A stretch of 64,000 nt of DNA from Felis catus (lineage: Eukaryota), in NCBI RefSeq assembly GCF_018350175.1, contig NC_058368.1, positions 72,604,001-72,668,000 on the forward strand. The letters are read 5' to 3'. Within the stretch, counting starts at the first letter, position 1; the number at the start of each line of letters is the position of its first letter. The notes beneath the pieces were generated by a model. It did no database searches. It saw nothing but the letters and a program-made list of their open reading frames with translations, and was not told where the DNA came from. Positions 50,761-63,991 of this stretch are shown here, in pieces. Made by a program: the position numbers and the translations under genes.

Positions 50761-51861
50761 TAATATGCCTATAGACCAATGAACAATCTTGCTATGAATA
50801 GGCTAATACAAATTTAAGTCATACACATACTGCAAGTTGTCATTTTAAGTGCTGTGTGGGAACATAGGTTCTGTTCCTCTGTATCTAAGGGAAGGCAGTT
50901 CAGCTATGTATCTGATATAAATAACTAAAATATGGGATTAGATAGAGGTGTGTGTGTGTGCATTATATTTATGATTGTGTGGTTTGGAGTGGATGGAGAG
51001 AAAGTCAGCATAAGCAATGACACTGGCATGACATTTGTAAAATTTTGAGTTAACTTCAGTTTTAAAGTATTGTTTCCTAAAACTAGTTACAGTATTCTGC
51101 TATTAGATAGAGGTATGATTAATTAGAACATTAATCACTTGGCAATGAGTTGATCTGAGGTAAAGATCATCTTGTACAGATAGGGTAAACACAAAATAAC
51201 TATTTTCTGCATATGAAAGACACCAGTCAATTTTAAATGCAATGTGAGTGTGCAGAATTGGTACGCATCTACTCAAATCTCAATGTTATTTGGCTTTTTA
51301 CTGAACTCAAGTCCATTTGGGGATGGAAAGTTGGAGACATTTTTTTCCCTGTCTGATCCTTCTCATTTCACATTCAAGCTGTTCCCTCTGATATCCCTTT
51401 TGTCTTTCAAATCTGAAGTTTCTTAGAATATATAAGCCCAAAGGATAGAGAAGTCACGTCAATGCCTTGGTGTGACATTGACGTGATGTCTTATAAGCCT
51501 TTCTTCTCTCCTTTCCAGACTCAGCTGTTCTCTTGATAAGCAAGGGAGTGCCTGCAAGCAGTGAAGGAAAATGCACTGCTGAGGCAATTTGCTATAGCAA
51601 AGATCTCTTTTCATAGTTAGTGCCGGGGAAAAAAAAGATTTAGAGCAGAGAAACATGGCTTAAGGTCAATCTGAATAATATGTGGCACTGCCAGACACAC
51701 TAAGCAGTCAAATGTTTGTGGGGGAAATTAATACATATATGGTGTGTATGTATTATTTTGTAATTGTCATTACTTTTTCTCACCATGTTTATTTCAGAAT
51801 TTTGATTCTGTTCTACCTGGGAGACACTCATTTCCCACTCCCTTCCCAAAGTGAGCTATTC

Positions 51862-51896
51862 TTTTTTTTTTTCAAGTTTATTTATTTACTTTGGGA

Positions 51897-51942
<46 letters not shown>

Positions 51943-52100
51943 AGGGGGAGGGCCAGAGAGAGAAGAGAGAGAGAATCGTAAGCAGGCTCTGCATTGTCAC
52001 AGCTCAGCCTGACATGGGGCTTGAGCGCACAAATGGTGAGATCATGACCTGAGCCGAAATCAAGAGTCAGATGCTTAACCAATTGAGCCACCCAGGTACC
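51862..52100 (-). mobile_element. CanSINE with long (GA)n
   Basis: Antisense SINE, head GCCACCCAGGTACC. Confidence 0.93.
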
Positions 52101-53263
52101 TCATTATTCTTAAGCTAATAGACTATGTAAGAACAGTGAGAGAACAGTAGTATAATAAAGCATTAAAAATAAGGCCTTTATGAAAATGCTTAAAGAGAAT
52201 AATTCAAGGAGAAGACAACTAAACATTGTTTTCAGAATTGTCAACAGTAATCATTTCATAGAAGCTACATGGGGATTATGAGATAGCATATATAGGAAGC
52301 ATGCATATGGGCACTATCAGCCTAGTGGGGGCAAGGAAATTGCCTTTAGGTAAACTTTTAAATAGAATTTCTATTTTTTAGGACATTCTCTGCCTAGTCC
52401 TCCACAAAGACTTTGAAACAGTGCCATGACATAATAAGCTTTTACTTTAATGAGGTAGTACTTTAGAATTTTCAGACACAAAGGGTGTCTTGAATAAAAA
52501 TTGAGTATCTCAAAAATCACCATTAGCTGCATGTCAGCTACAAATGTCTTTTACTTTCCTATAAGATGGCCTTCTCTTTTACTATTACATGGTTTTCAAA
52601 ATGATTTATAACTCAAAGATTATTTCAACTCCCCAAAAGTGATTCAGAAGTATGAAATGTAAACACTAATGACAATTGCTACCTATTCTTCAAATTTAAC
52701 TGCTTAATATAATAATCATAAATTTATATATATAATATACATCAGCATATATTATAATAATCATAAAGTATATCCAAACCTAAAGACACTTATTCAACTG
52801 TTGGTTAAAACAGTGTAAATACTAGTGTAAAAATCTGGTCCTCAGTTGTCCCTGAAAATATAAAAAATGTTTCCATCTATAAAATAGATGCCTGCTTCAC
52901 CAAAATGAAATAAAATTTATTGGCAATTTTTATATTCTGTGTGTCTGTGCACTTCCAACTGGCATATTTTGGTGAAGTAGCTGGCAAGATAATTTGACAA
53001 AGTACAGCTTAGCTGTATCATGTGTAAGCTTCTACCTCCTTCTAGAGAGCTTTATTCAGAATTAGCATCTTAGTAGAACATCTCTTACAACTTTAATCAA
53101 AAGATAGAACATGTTGGATCTTTACAAATATTTACTTAATGACAAAACTGCCTGGAGGATGGTCCATTAAACTGCTTTAGAAAATCTGACATAATACCCT
53201 GGCTTAATTCCCTTAAAAGGAACATCAAAACTGGGTGTCAATGCACTTCTGAGTGAGGGACAG

Positions 53264-53639
53264 TGTCTCATTCCTTTAGGGTTGCTATAACAGAATCCCA
53301 TAGCCTGGGTGGCTTATTAACAACAGACATTTATTTCTCTCACTTTTGGAGGCTGGGAAGTCCAAGGTGAAGGTACTGGCATATTTGGTCTCTACTGAGT
53401 GCCTGCTCCTTGGTTCACAGATGGCCACCTTCTTGCTGTGTCCTCACATAGCAGAGGGGTGAGGGGACTCTCTGGTGTCTTTTCTATAAGGGCACTGATC
53501 CTTATTCATGAGCTCTCCACCTAATGACCTAATCACCTCCCAAAGACCATAACTCTAAATATCATCACATTGTGCATTAGGATGTAACATGAATTTCTTT
53601 TGTGGGGGTTGGGGGAATGTAAACATTCAGTCTACAGCA
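53264..53639 (-). mobile_element. MaLR LTR (MLT1A-like)
   Basis: TG...CA ends; GGAGGCTGGGAAGTCCAAG, ATGACCTAATCACCTCCCAAAG; 5-bp TSD GACAG/AACAG. Confidence 0.88.
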
Positions 53640-53918
53640 AACAGAAGTTGTCCCCAAAAGAGCACACATCTGAAAGCTACTTCAAATAACTCTTTTGGGG
53701 GCTCTGTTATCACTGATGCTAAATGCATAATAGTCTTCCTTGCATGATTGAGTTTTGAACAGAACACAAAGTTTGAACTGAACACGAGGTCTTTGTCTAA
53801 GAAAAATTATAAAGACTATGTAGAGTCCAGGCAGCAGGGAGGCCTATGTTGTCTTCAGAGCACAGAACACACAATAATTCATTAAACATTTATTGTATAT
53901 TTAATATTTACTGAATGT

Positions 53919-54140
53919 AGAGGTCAGCAAACTATTATTTTACTGAAGAGATGGTAAATATTTTAGGCTTTGCAGGACATATAGTCTCTTTTACAACTGC
54001 TCAATTCTGATGCTGTAACATGAAAGCAGCCATGGATAATACATAAACAAATGAGTGAGGTTGTTTTCTATTATTTCTTTATTTATAAAACCTGGGGACT
54101 TTCTAAATTTGGCCCAAGGGTCGTATCTTACAGACCTTGC
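53919..54140. mobile_element. MER58A-like hAT transposon
   Basis: GGTCAGCAAACTA, GTAAATATTTTAGGCTTTGCAGG, AAAGCAGCCATGGATAATACATAAACAAATGAG. Confidence 0.85.
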
Positions 54141-54189
54141 TCTAATCTATCAAAGAAATAGGAAGGACAATATTATGAGATTTGGATGT

Positions 54190-55060
54190 CTTGCAAGCTT
54201 GCTCTGACTAACCTGTTTAGAGCACCTGAGAAAACAGTTAAGGACTAATTTGCAGTAGAGACTCCATCAAGGGCAGAGGCTGATTTGGACAGGCTACCTT
54301 GTTGATGGTGGAAATGGAGAAGAGTTGATAGATTTAAGAGCTATGTAGGTGGTAAAATATACAGAACTTGGTTACCAGTAGAATATATGATCTGGGAGAG
54401 GTGTTCTGGATGGCACCCAGGCTTCTGGCACAAGGAATTGGGCAGATGTTGCTGCATTTACTGAGCCAGGAAACACTGGAAGAAGCCAGGTTTGGGGCAG
54501 AAGAACATGAATTCGGTCTAACGCATACTGCATTTCAGATGCAGATGAGGCATTGGTGTGGAACTTTAGAGTAGGCAGTTGAATTAATATACAAGTTTGG
54601 AGCTCAGAAGAGAGGTCTAAACTATAAATGTAAGTATAGAAGCCAATGACATTGAGATGGAAATTTCAACTATGGAGGTAGATGAATAATATTGGAAGGA
54701 GCCTAAGATTAAGCCCTAAGGAACCACAATAGCTGAAGTTTAACTGGAAGACGAGCCAGCAAAAAAGTCAGAAATGAGGGAGGAGCATAGAGAGGCATGA
54801 TGCTGTGGGGGTCATCAAAGTGGCTCAGGTGGAGAATGAACGATCTTGTGTCTCAGGCAGTTGAAAAGTCAAAGATGATGAACACTCAGCAACTTGCAGT
54901 CTGCAGGAAGCTTTGTGAGAATAGTTTCCAAACTGCTCTCTGCATTCAAGCTGGGTAGGCGAGTAGACAGTGGAAGTCAGATTCAAGTGGGTGGTGGAGT
55001 AGATAGAAGGTGATAAAATTAAGTAGAGGAAGAAACATTCATGACAGCGGTAATTCAGGA
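54190..55060 (-). mobile_element. Degraded L2 fragment
   Basis: GGAAATGGAAGAG...GATTTAAGAG, GGAGCTCAGAAGAGAGGTC motifs. Confidence 0.7.
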
Positions 55061-56136
55061 GGAGTGCAATGCATCCCAGAGGCATTTTGGAAATTTATTG
55101 GTGCACAGAGGTTAAGTGCTACTTGCATTTAGCATGTAGGAGTCACGAATGCTGTGCCCCACAGTGGGTGAGGTGGTTCCACACGACAAGAGGGATTACT
55201 CTGCATCCTACACAACTGTTCAATGTCTTAACAGGACATCCGTGCAGATGAAACCCTATTTATAAATATCTGTCTATAAATCACAGCTCCATTTCACACA
55301 CACATACTCACACATATTCACCTCTTCAGAGTGATTTATTTTCCTTTTTCTAGAATAAAATACCAGTTATAGCTTCCATGAGAGCTTCTATCCAGCCTAA
55401 CATAGCCTCCTAAATTCAGAAGGAGCAAGAGGCAGAGAAGATTACAAAGAAAAGAATAATAGGAGGAATGGCACAAGGAAAAGAGTTGAGGAAGGGCCTT
55501 ACTCTAAGTTCACTCCAGACAGCACATCACTTTTAGTGGAGTGGCCTCTAATGCTGAACATACAATTATATTTTTCATCAGTCCCTGGGACATAACCACT
55601 ACTCATTCCCATTGCAATTATTGAGGAAACTAGCAATGCATTTTACCTTATTTCTTGAGCAAACCCATAAACTGATAAATGCCCCCCAGCTGTGAACCCT
55701 GCTGAGCAGAATCACTTTCTATGTTCGTAAAGAAAGTTAGTAGGCTCCATGGCTTCATAACATTCTGATTTTTCTTAGAATTAGATGACGATTACTCGCT
55801 TTAAATGTTCTCTCTGAAAGCTAACAGGTATCAAAGCAATAGAATTCACATACTCACGTACTACCTTCTAATAAGCAGGCTTCTTTTTTTTTCTTTTTGG
55901 TTCTAGCATTTTTCTGTGTGGGCTTTGAACTAAAGCATCGTGTATTTCCTCTAGTATTTTATAATTTGGAACCAAATACAAGAAGAAGAATGTGCTGTGA
56001 GTAGGCACATAAGACTAATGGGCTAGAGAAAATAATTGCTGAATACCCATAATCTTTGAAACTGGAAAAGTATACTTATTTTACATCACCTGCAAACAAA
56101 AGAGCGGAAAGGTAGTAGTTGGGATCACAGATTTAA

Positions 56137-56137
<1 letters not shown>

Positions 56138-56180
<43 letters not shown>
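56138..56180 (+). repeat. (TG)n microsatellite
   Basis: Perfect TG run. Confidence 0.98.
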
Positions 56181-56182
<2 letters not shown>

Positions 56183-56458
56183 TGGGGGACTTGGAGAGAT
56201 TGTTACTTGTTGCCAAGTAAAGGGGATATTTCAATTATTTTGAGCTCACCATTTTGTCTTTTGTAACTTTCACAGTAATATATCATGGAAGTAAGAAAAA
56301 TGGTAGACTCCTAGGCCCTGAGCTGGGTTTTATCTGGTACAGTAATAATATTATTCTGCACAATGCTGGTAGAGCCCAGGAAAAATATATGTCTGGTAAT
56401 CTATTCTTAGTGGGGAATATAATGGTTTAAAGGTTGGAGCAATTAAAAAGCTGCAAAT

Positions 56459-56597
56459 CGTCCCTTAGGTTTAAAAACTGAGAACAAACAGGGTTGATGG
56501 AGGGTGGGGGGGGTGGGTGATGGGTATTGAGGAGGGCACCTTTTGGGATTAGCACTGGGTGTTGTATGGAAACCAATTTGACAATAAATTTCATATT

Positions 56598-56650
<53 letters not shown>

Positions 56651-56696
56651 AATACTATTTGAAATTTCTCAAAAAGATCAACGTTAAAAAAATAAT
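56459..56696 (+). mobile_element. 5'-truncated young carnivore L1 3' UTR insertion with (AAAT)n tail and extra 3' segment
   Basis: GAGGAGGGCACC...GCACTGGGTGTTGTATGGAAACCAATTTGACAATAAATTTCAT; 14-bp TSD AAAAAGCTGCAAAT at 56445-56458 and 56697-56710. Confidence 0.92.
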
Positions 56697-57232
56697 AAAA
56701 AGCTGCAAATAATGGATAATGAGCAAGAAATATGCTTTGTATTGTTCTCCACAGAGTTTACTGCTGTGCTTTCCATCTAGCAGGTACAATATATATTAAT
56801 GGAATAAGTGAAATAAATTAATGAATAAGGTTTTCAAAATAGCAACTCATAGCTCAAATGATTTGCGATGTATTATAAGTAATTAAATAAGAGAACACCA
56901 TTTATTGTAACTTGCAGGTATGTGTGAATCTCTAAATATATTTCTATCTTTCTTTACCTCTCATCTCTAGTCCTTCCATTGTTCTCTTTTCCTTTTCTTC
57001 TGTATTTTTCTTTTTTATGTGCTTCTTTACTTATAACACTTCTACTTTAATTAATCATTATTTGGAAACAAGGTGGTTCATTAACTATTTTTAATCTAAT
57101 AAAAACTTTGCAAACTCACACTTAATTTTACAAAACTATTAATTTAATGTTTCCTATATCTTTAAAATTACAGTGAAAATTCATTTGAGATTCCTTAATA
57201 TATTATAAAAAGTATTATCTTCACTACTGTCC

Positions 57233-57398
57233 CACGTGAGCAGGGGAGAGAGGCAGAGGGAGGGAGAGAGAGAATCTGAAGCAAGCTCCACGCTCTGTGC
57301 AGAGTCCCACACAGGACTCAATCCCATGACCCTGGAATCATGATCTGAGCCAAAATCAAGAGCTGGATGCTCAACAGAACGAGCCTCCCAAGGGCCCC
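57233..57398 (-). mobile_element. CanSINE missing its 3' tail
   Basis: Antisense head and body present, no T-rich tail before 57233. Confidence 0.85.
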
Positions 57399-58218
57399 TT
57401 CTTACTCCATTATTAATATGGGGAAACCACACTGATAAGATAGAGTAATTTAGTCTATGATATAATTCACAACTTCTTCTTTTCCGATATCATGTGAAAA
57501 TTACATTTTGGGTCCTTGCATACAATCTTGGATAGTCTGCTATCAATTCATCTTACTCTCTTCTACTCTTAGTAATTACGAGAATGGACACAACATTTGA
57601 GTGCAAGTTTTACAACCCTCTGGCAAATTGGGGAACTGGTCCAGTGCTATTTCACTTGCGTACTTGTCCTATATTAAAAGTATGACAGTGACACCTATAT
57701 TTTCACAATTTAGGTAAAAATTTTCACCCATTTCATGTTATAGTGAAATTATATGTTAAGATGAATTGATGATAGTATACACAATTAGAAAAACACTTCA
57801 TGTAGAAAATAGAGCTTAGTGTAGATTTCAGGATTTTATTTTTATTTTCAGAAAATATGATTAAAAATCCTTAAACATGTACTTTTTGACTGATGGCCAA
57901 TAACCATCACAGCAGTCAATGGCCCTGTCACACAGACACCTAGCTGTCCCAGGTCCAGGCTCTGAAGGGCTTATCATAAAATCTAAGCACAATAAAACCC
58001 ACAACAGTGAAACAGGATTTCATTTGCCTTCTCTAATTCACAGTTATATTATCTTACAAATGAACGCAGAAGGCTGTCCTCAGTTGGAATGACCCAAACT
58101 GGTAAAATTAAACAGGTTAAAGGGACTTATAGCAAAGCAGCAACAACACATGACAATTTCACACTCTGGATCCAGGGTAAAAGATTCATCTAAGGTGCAT
58201 GATAGACTAAGGGATTTT

Positions 58219-58440
58219 TTTTTTTTAATTTTTTTAACGTTTATTTATTTTTGAGACAGAGAGAGACAGAGCATGAACGGGGGAGGGTCAGAGAGAGAGG
58301 GAGACACAGAATCGGAAGCAGGCTCCAGGCTCTGGGCCATCATCAGCCCAGACCCGACGCGGGGCTTGAACCCACGGACCGCGAGATCGTGACCTGAGCT
58401 GAAGTCGGATGCTTAACCGACTGAGGCACCCAGGCGCCCC
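58219..58440 (-). mobile_element. Fairly young CanSINE
   Basis: TSD TAAGGGATTTT at 58208-58218 and 58441-58451. Confidence 0.96.
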
Positions 58441-59999
58441 TAAGGGATTTTAATACAAGAGCGTGCAAAGTTCATTCAGCGTTCTAGGACTCTAAGCTTT
58501 GCAGTTCCTTAAATGCAGACTAACTCTTGGCTAAATGGGTCATGGTGTCCATCAAGAGCTGCAATCCAACAAATGGGCCTTGCTGTCCAATAACTCATGT
58601 CGGCCTTATCAAAGCCTTATAGGCTGTTTCCATTATAATCCATATTTTGTAGAGGAAGAGACTCCCTAGGGCCACACACTAGTTTATCATCTAGTGAATT
58701 GGCAGATTCTGTATTTGAATCAAGAGTTTGACCTCTTAACTAGTTTAGTTCGTAAGTTTCTTGAAAACAGAATCCATATGCGATTCATTTTTTTATTTCC
58801 ATAGTATTTACAAATTATTAGGCCCCTGGTCATTGAATATACATTGGCAATTGTAATAAGATACAACTTCAAAAATACCACTTTGTCACTGCCTCCCAAA
58901 TGTCCATATTATGACAGTCACAGCTTCATCCCTCCCCAAATTTATTTCAGGTGCACGACACCATCATTCGCATTACATGTTGAGCAATCTAAGGACACAG
59001 AGGCGTGCACTGTTCCTACCCTACCCTGTGGCTTAGGAACCTCTGCTCTGCCAGGCAGGGTCACTCTCTTCTTACCAGGTGTCCACACCACTGCAGCTCT
59101 CTCATCCTGACTTGACTCAGGCTCTGCCTTACAGATTCCTCCCTCCCATTCCAAACCTGCTCAGACTTCATGTACATCACTAACCAACCCTCAAGGGGGC
59201 TCTTTCTTTAGGTTAGTTCACAATCTGTTCCTACAGACATTGGGCTTATTTTATAGTTGCCAAGCTATCCTGTTCTCAAATATTTCTGTTTATAGAGACA
59301 TCTCTGAATCTTGTCCTTTCTGTGACGAGACAATGATGGACAAAATCAGAAGAGCCTGGGCCATCTTCTAACTATGTGACCTTGGGCATGACACTTTATA
59401 AACCTCACTTTTTCAGCCACAAAATGAAAGGCGTGGCCTAAATATTTCTGCTTATCTTTCGGGTCTACAGTTTGAAGGTCTCTAACAAGTAATTTTTTTA
59501 ATATTTGAATAATACAGAGAAAGATAACAAATTCCAGTTATTTAATTTCCTAAATTGAAAAATGATATAAAAAAGAGTTCCAGAGATGTTCAGGTCTAGT
59601 TCCAAAGGATTTATCACTAACCAGCTATAGGACTTCTGCTACACTGCTTCAGGTTTATCTAAATTCCCTCATCTACAGTAAAAGAGATGAAAAGACATTC
59701 TATTTTCCCGGTAGGCTTGTTCTCTGGAAAATATGTGAAAGCATTCTAAATTATTTAACCATGTTACATGGTTGGAAACTCTTTAAATTATTACTCAAAT
59801 CATCATCAGTCAATTGCTACATTTTAGATGCTGGAGAGCTTCCAGGGAAAATGTCCTTAATCCAGGACCACAGACTCCCAAGCAGTGAGCAAGCAGAATT
59901 CAGAGGATTCACAAACCAAAGTGCAAAATAATGCATCTTTGTTTCCATTAGCTTTTTACTGAGTTTTAGCATTTTCTTCCACTGTAAACACAAGCAGTA

Positions 60000-60310
60000 A
60001 ACCACAGTGGTATTGTCAATACCTAACATTTTGTTATTAATAGAAATTACAGGTATTTTATTTTTATATTTAGTTGCAGAGATTTCAAAGTATGTATGTT
60101 CATCACTACTTAGGTTTCCTAATAGATCTTATTTAATATGTTATTTTGAAAAATCACACATATTGCTACATCATTTTTTTATACTTTGAAAACTGTATTT
60201 CAATTTAATTGTTTTCCTTACCAATCCTATTGACTTTTATTTTGTGCATTTAAAAATGCTTTTCTTAGGAGGGGCTTAAAGACTTCGGCAGACTGCCAAA
60301 GGGGAGAAGT
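60000..60310. mobile_element. hAT-Charlie (MER113-like) fragment
   Basis: TTTTATTTTGTGCATTTAAAA...GGAGGGG...CAGACTGCCAAAGGGG. Confidence 0.5.
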
Positions 60311-60515
60311 CCAGGGCAGAAACATTTCTAGTGTACAGGTAAAGAGAGATGTGATGCCATCCTCACCGAAAACAGCATAACCTCTACCTGCACCCAGATC
60401 TCCTGAATCAGAGTGGTGCTCTTTGTGCCATGCCAAGCCTTTCCTCTAAGTCCCCATTACAATGCCCTGGGTCTATGAACCCTAAATGCTATTTGGTCAA
60501 GAAAAAAAGAATTTC

Positions 60516-60731
60516 TAATTTTTTTTTCCAACATTTATTTATTTTTGGGACAGAGAGAGACAGAGCATGAACGGGGGAGGGGCAGAGAGAGAGGGAGACA
60601 CAGAATCGGAAACAGGCTCCAGGCTCTGAGCTGTCAGCCCAGAGCCCGACGCGGGGCTCGAACTCACGGACCGCGAGATCGTGACCTGGCTGAAGTCGGG
60701 CGCTTAACCGACTGCACCACCCAGGCGCCCC
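60516..60731 (-). mobile_element. Young feline CanSINE
   Basis: TSD GAAAAAAAGAATTTC at 60501-60515 and 60732-60746. Confidence 0.97.
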
Positions 60732-61147
60732 GAAAAAAAGAATTTCAAATTGAGTCTGTATAAAGTTCCTAGAAGCAGATGTGTTTAAAGTTAAAATCAA
60801 GGTTTCAGGTATTTGAATTATATTACCTCTAATGGAAAAGTGTAGTAGGTGAACTTCTCCTTCAGAACTGTGTTCTCAGAGACACTTGTTCCTAAAAGTC
60901 TTAACAACAGGTTTTTGATGAGGAATCAGAGGAACTAAAAGGATCTTCAGTTTAATTTCAATGGCCAAGGAAAGCAGTACAAGGCTGCAACAAATGTTTT
61001 AAAGGTCAAAGGACCTAGTACTAATATAGCTAAAGAACTTAGTCATCAGATAGGTTCTTCCCATCTGGTAAGTTGTCATTCTGCTATCATGGAAATCGAG
61101 TAACCCCTACAGGCCAAGCGAGTGGAGAAACAACTAAACGCTCCCTC

Positions 61148-61295
61148 TAAAAATGTGGTCCCCAGACCACAAGCATGGCCATCTCCTGGGAGCTTGTAGA
61201 AAGGCAGAATCTCAGCTTCCACCCCAGAACCCTGAACCAGATTTGCATTTTAGCAAGATCCTCAGGTGAGTTGTGTGCACATGAAAGTTCAGGAA
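61148..61295. mobile_element. MER5A-like
   Basis: TGTGGTCCCCAGACC...CTGGGAGCTTGTAGAAAGGCAGAATCTCAG...TGCATTTTAGCAAGATCCTCAGGTG. Confidence 0.85.
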
Positions 61296-61424
61296 AGATT
61301 GTCCAAGGAACACTGGACTGAGGGGGAAAAAAAAGGTGGGGGGCGATATTTAAGTGAAAAAAATATAAAATGCAACTATGCAGAAGCATAGTTTTGAAGG
61401 ACTTCAAAGAATGTATCTCCACAA

Positions 61425-61875
61425 TTTTAACTGCTTTATTGAAGCAGAATTGATAGGATAGAGTTTACCCTTTAAGAGTGCAATTCAATGAATGTTAGTA
61501 AATTTAAACAATCATGCAATGATAACCACAATTTAGTTTTAGAATACCTTCCATCATCCCCATAAGTTCCTCATACCTCTTTGCAATTAATCCTCTCTGC
61601 CTCTGGATAACTTCTGATCTGCTTTCAGTGGCTATCAATTTGTCTTTTGTAGAAATTTCATATAAGTGGAATCATATATTACTTAGAAGTTTTTTGTCTG
61701 ACTTCTTTCACCTAGCATGATACTGTCACGGTTCACCTAGGAATCAGTAATATGTTCCTTTTTATTGTATATCCTTGCATGAATATACCACATCCATTCA
61801 CCAGTTGGTGGTTGTTTTCAGTTCAGGGCTTGCTATGAATAATAATAATGCAATGAACATTTGCACGTGAGTCTT
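61425..61875 (-). mobile_element. Old L1 3' fragment (L1MB/MC-like)
   Basis: CTGCTTTATTGAAG, ATTTCATATAAGTGGAATCATA, GCAATGAACATTTGCAC. Confidence 0.8.
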
Positions 61876-63113
61876 TACGTCTCCACAGTGTTTTTTATAA
61901 CTATCAATGAGCAATCCAATATACAAGTGATGAGCAAGTAAAAAAGATGATAGATAGATAGATATCCAGACTTGTTAGTCTCTTTGACAGTTATTCTTAC
62001 AATACCCATTTGGGCAGCAAAGTGGACATCTCCTAATCTAGAGAGAGCCGATGATGTCAAGTGAAGAAAAGATAATGTCATGTTGTGTAATTCTAGAAAA
62101 GGATTAGAGAAAGGTTGCCTTTACTACCAGATATGGAAACTAATATTTGGGCTGGTGTAAAGGAGGCAAAAATAGTCTATATTAAGAAGCCATATTTGTG
62201 GGAAAGTCCATAATTGGATTGATGTGTTAAGGAGGTGAAAGGGTGAAGTGATCACAAGTCTGGGAAATAAATGACAGATATATGTGAAAGGCAGCAAAAG
62301 AAAGGTTTCAGGAGGTCATTGTGAGATGAAAGGTAGGTTTACTAAGAGTGTCCAAGCCCTGTGTCTTTAAAGAATGCTCATTGAGTGAACAATATCGCAC
62401 CCCCAAGAAGCTAATCATGGAGAACCTCCATTGGTTCACTGATGCTCACCTGGGATTCTTTTGGGACACTGCAGCTACCAGGGATGTGACTCAAGGTACT
62501 CGAGGCTTCCGTTAATATTTTCAGAAGCACTGGACACAGGGGAAGAACCAATTGGAGATAATGGCAGAAGCAGATGGTGAAGCCAATGAAGGACATCACA
62601 TTGTTAGTTCCCTCCCCTACTGACTTAAAAAGGATGTGTCTGTTAGGCAGCTCACCCAAGATGCTAACCAGTTGCAGCTTGAGGAAGAGGATAATGGAGT
62701 CATTGGGGTAGTACTCCTTTATATAGCTTTCCCCTAAGCACTTTTCCAAGAAAATCTAGGTGTTAGCTAGGATGAGAAGGTTGCTGGTGCCTGCGTGTTA
62801 AAGTCAAGGAAGACATGAGAAACTATGCAGTGTAGTGCTAACAGGCAGGTGGTGGGTTATCAGCAGGAGAAGGGATAAACTCTCTCAGCCACAAACAAAA
62901 ACAATTGCTTCAAATTTTACACAGGTGAATTCAAATCCTGATTATTCTGTCACGAATGTGAAGACTATTAAAAAGTTGGCTTACCTGAAACATAATAGGA
63001 GGTTTAGAGTTTACAAGTTTTGTTTGACATTTGCCTCTTTGACTTTTAGAACTTCTTGCTCTCCCTTCCCTTCCTGACGTGGTGAAAGAGAGGCATTAAA
63101 AATCCACATAAGA

Positions 63114-63321
63114 GGGGCGCCTGGGTGGCGCAGTCGGTTAAACGTCCGACTTCAGCCAGGTCACGATCTCACGGTCCGTGAGTTCCAGCCCCGCGTCAGG
63201 CTCTGGGCTGATGGCTCAGAGCCTGGAGCCTGTTTCCGATTCTGTGTCTCCCTCTCTCTCTGCCCCTCCCCCGTTCATGCTCTGTCTCTCTCTGTCCCCA
63301 AAATAAATAAACGTTTGAAAA
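63114..63321 (+). mobile_element. Young feline CanSINE
   Basis: TSD AAAAATCCACATAAGA at 63098-63113 and 63322-63337. Confidence 0.97.
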
Positions 63322-63709
63322 AAAAATCCACATAAGAGAGAAATAACATAATTGACCAGCAAATAACATAATATCAATTTGTTCCCTGAGATATAATTAC
63401 CTGGGTCACCGTTTTGATCTAAGCCATGTACTAAAACAAAATTATGTAAAAGCCCTACAGCTACAGAGATCTGCAAAAAATTACAGAGCATAAACAGTAC
63501 TTTAGTTTGACTGGATTGAAAAAATCAGTTTATCTCAGCATGATTTTTGCATATTTTAATAAGGAAAAATATGCTATTTTTGTTCTTCATTAACCTTCTT
63601 ATACCCTCATGCATAAGTGTCATTCTATTGTATAGATGTCTCATTACAAAACTCTGGGTTAGAACATAGGGGAAACCAACGTGGTGTTAGAAAATAAGTC
63701 ATACCTATT

Positions 63710-63713
<4 letters not shown>

Positions 63714-63756
<43 letters not shown>
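63714..63756 (+). repeat. (CA)n microsatellite abutting a SINE tail
   Basis: Perfect CA run. Confidence 0.98.
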
Positions 63757-63757
<1 letters not shown>

Positions 63758-63776
63758 AATTTTTTAATGTTTATTT

Positions 63777-63828
<52 letters not shown>

Positions 63829-63991
63829 CAGGGGAGGGGCAGAGAGAAGGAGACACAGAATCCGAAACAGGTTCCAGCTCTGAGCTGTCAGTACAGAGCT
63901 CAAACCCAAGAAGAGCTCAAACCCATGAACCACGAGATCATGACCTGAGCTGAAGTCAGACTCTCAACTGACTGAGCCATCCAGGCACCCC
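63757..63991 (-). mobile_element. CanSINE
   Basis: Antisense SINE with long (GA)n; head CCAGGCACCCC. Confidence 0.93.

Noticed and set aside
62411..62749. 112-aa minus-strand ORF
   Set aside because: TTG start and no recognisable homology; may be an ancient LINE remnant, which I cannot confirm.
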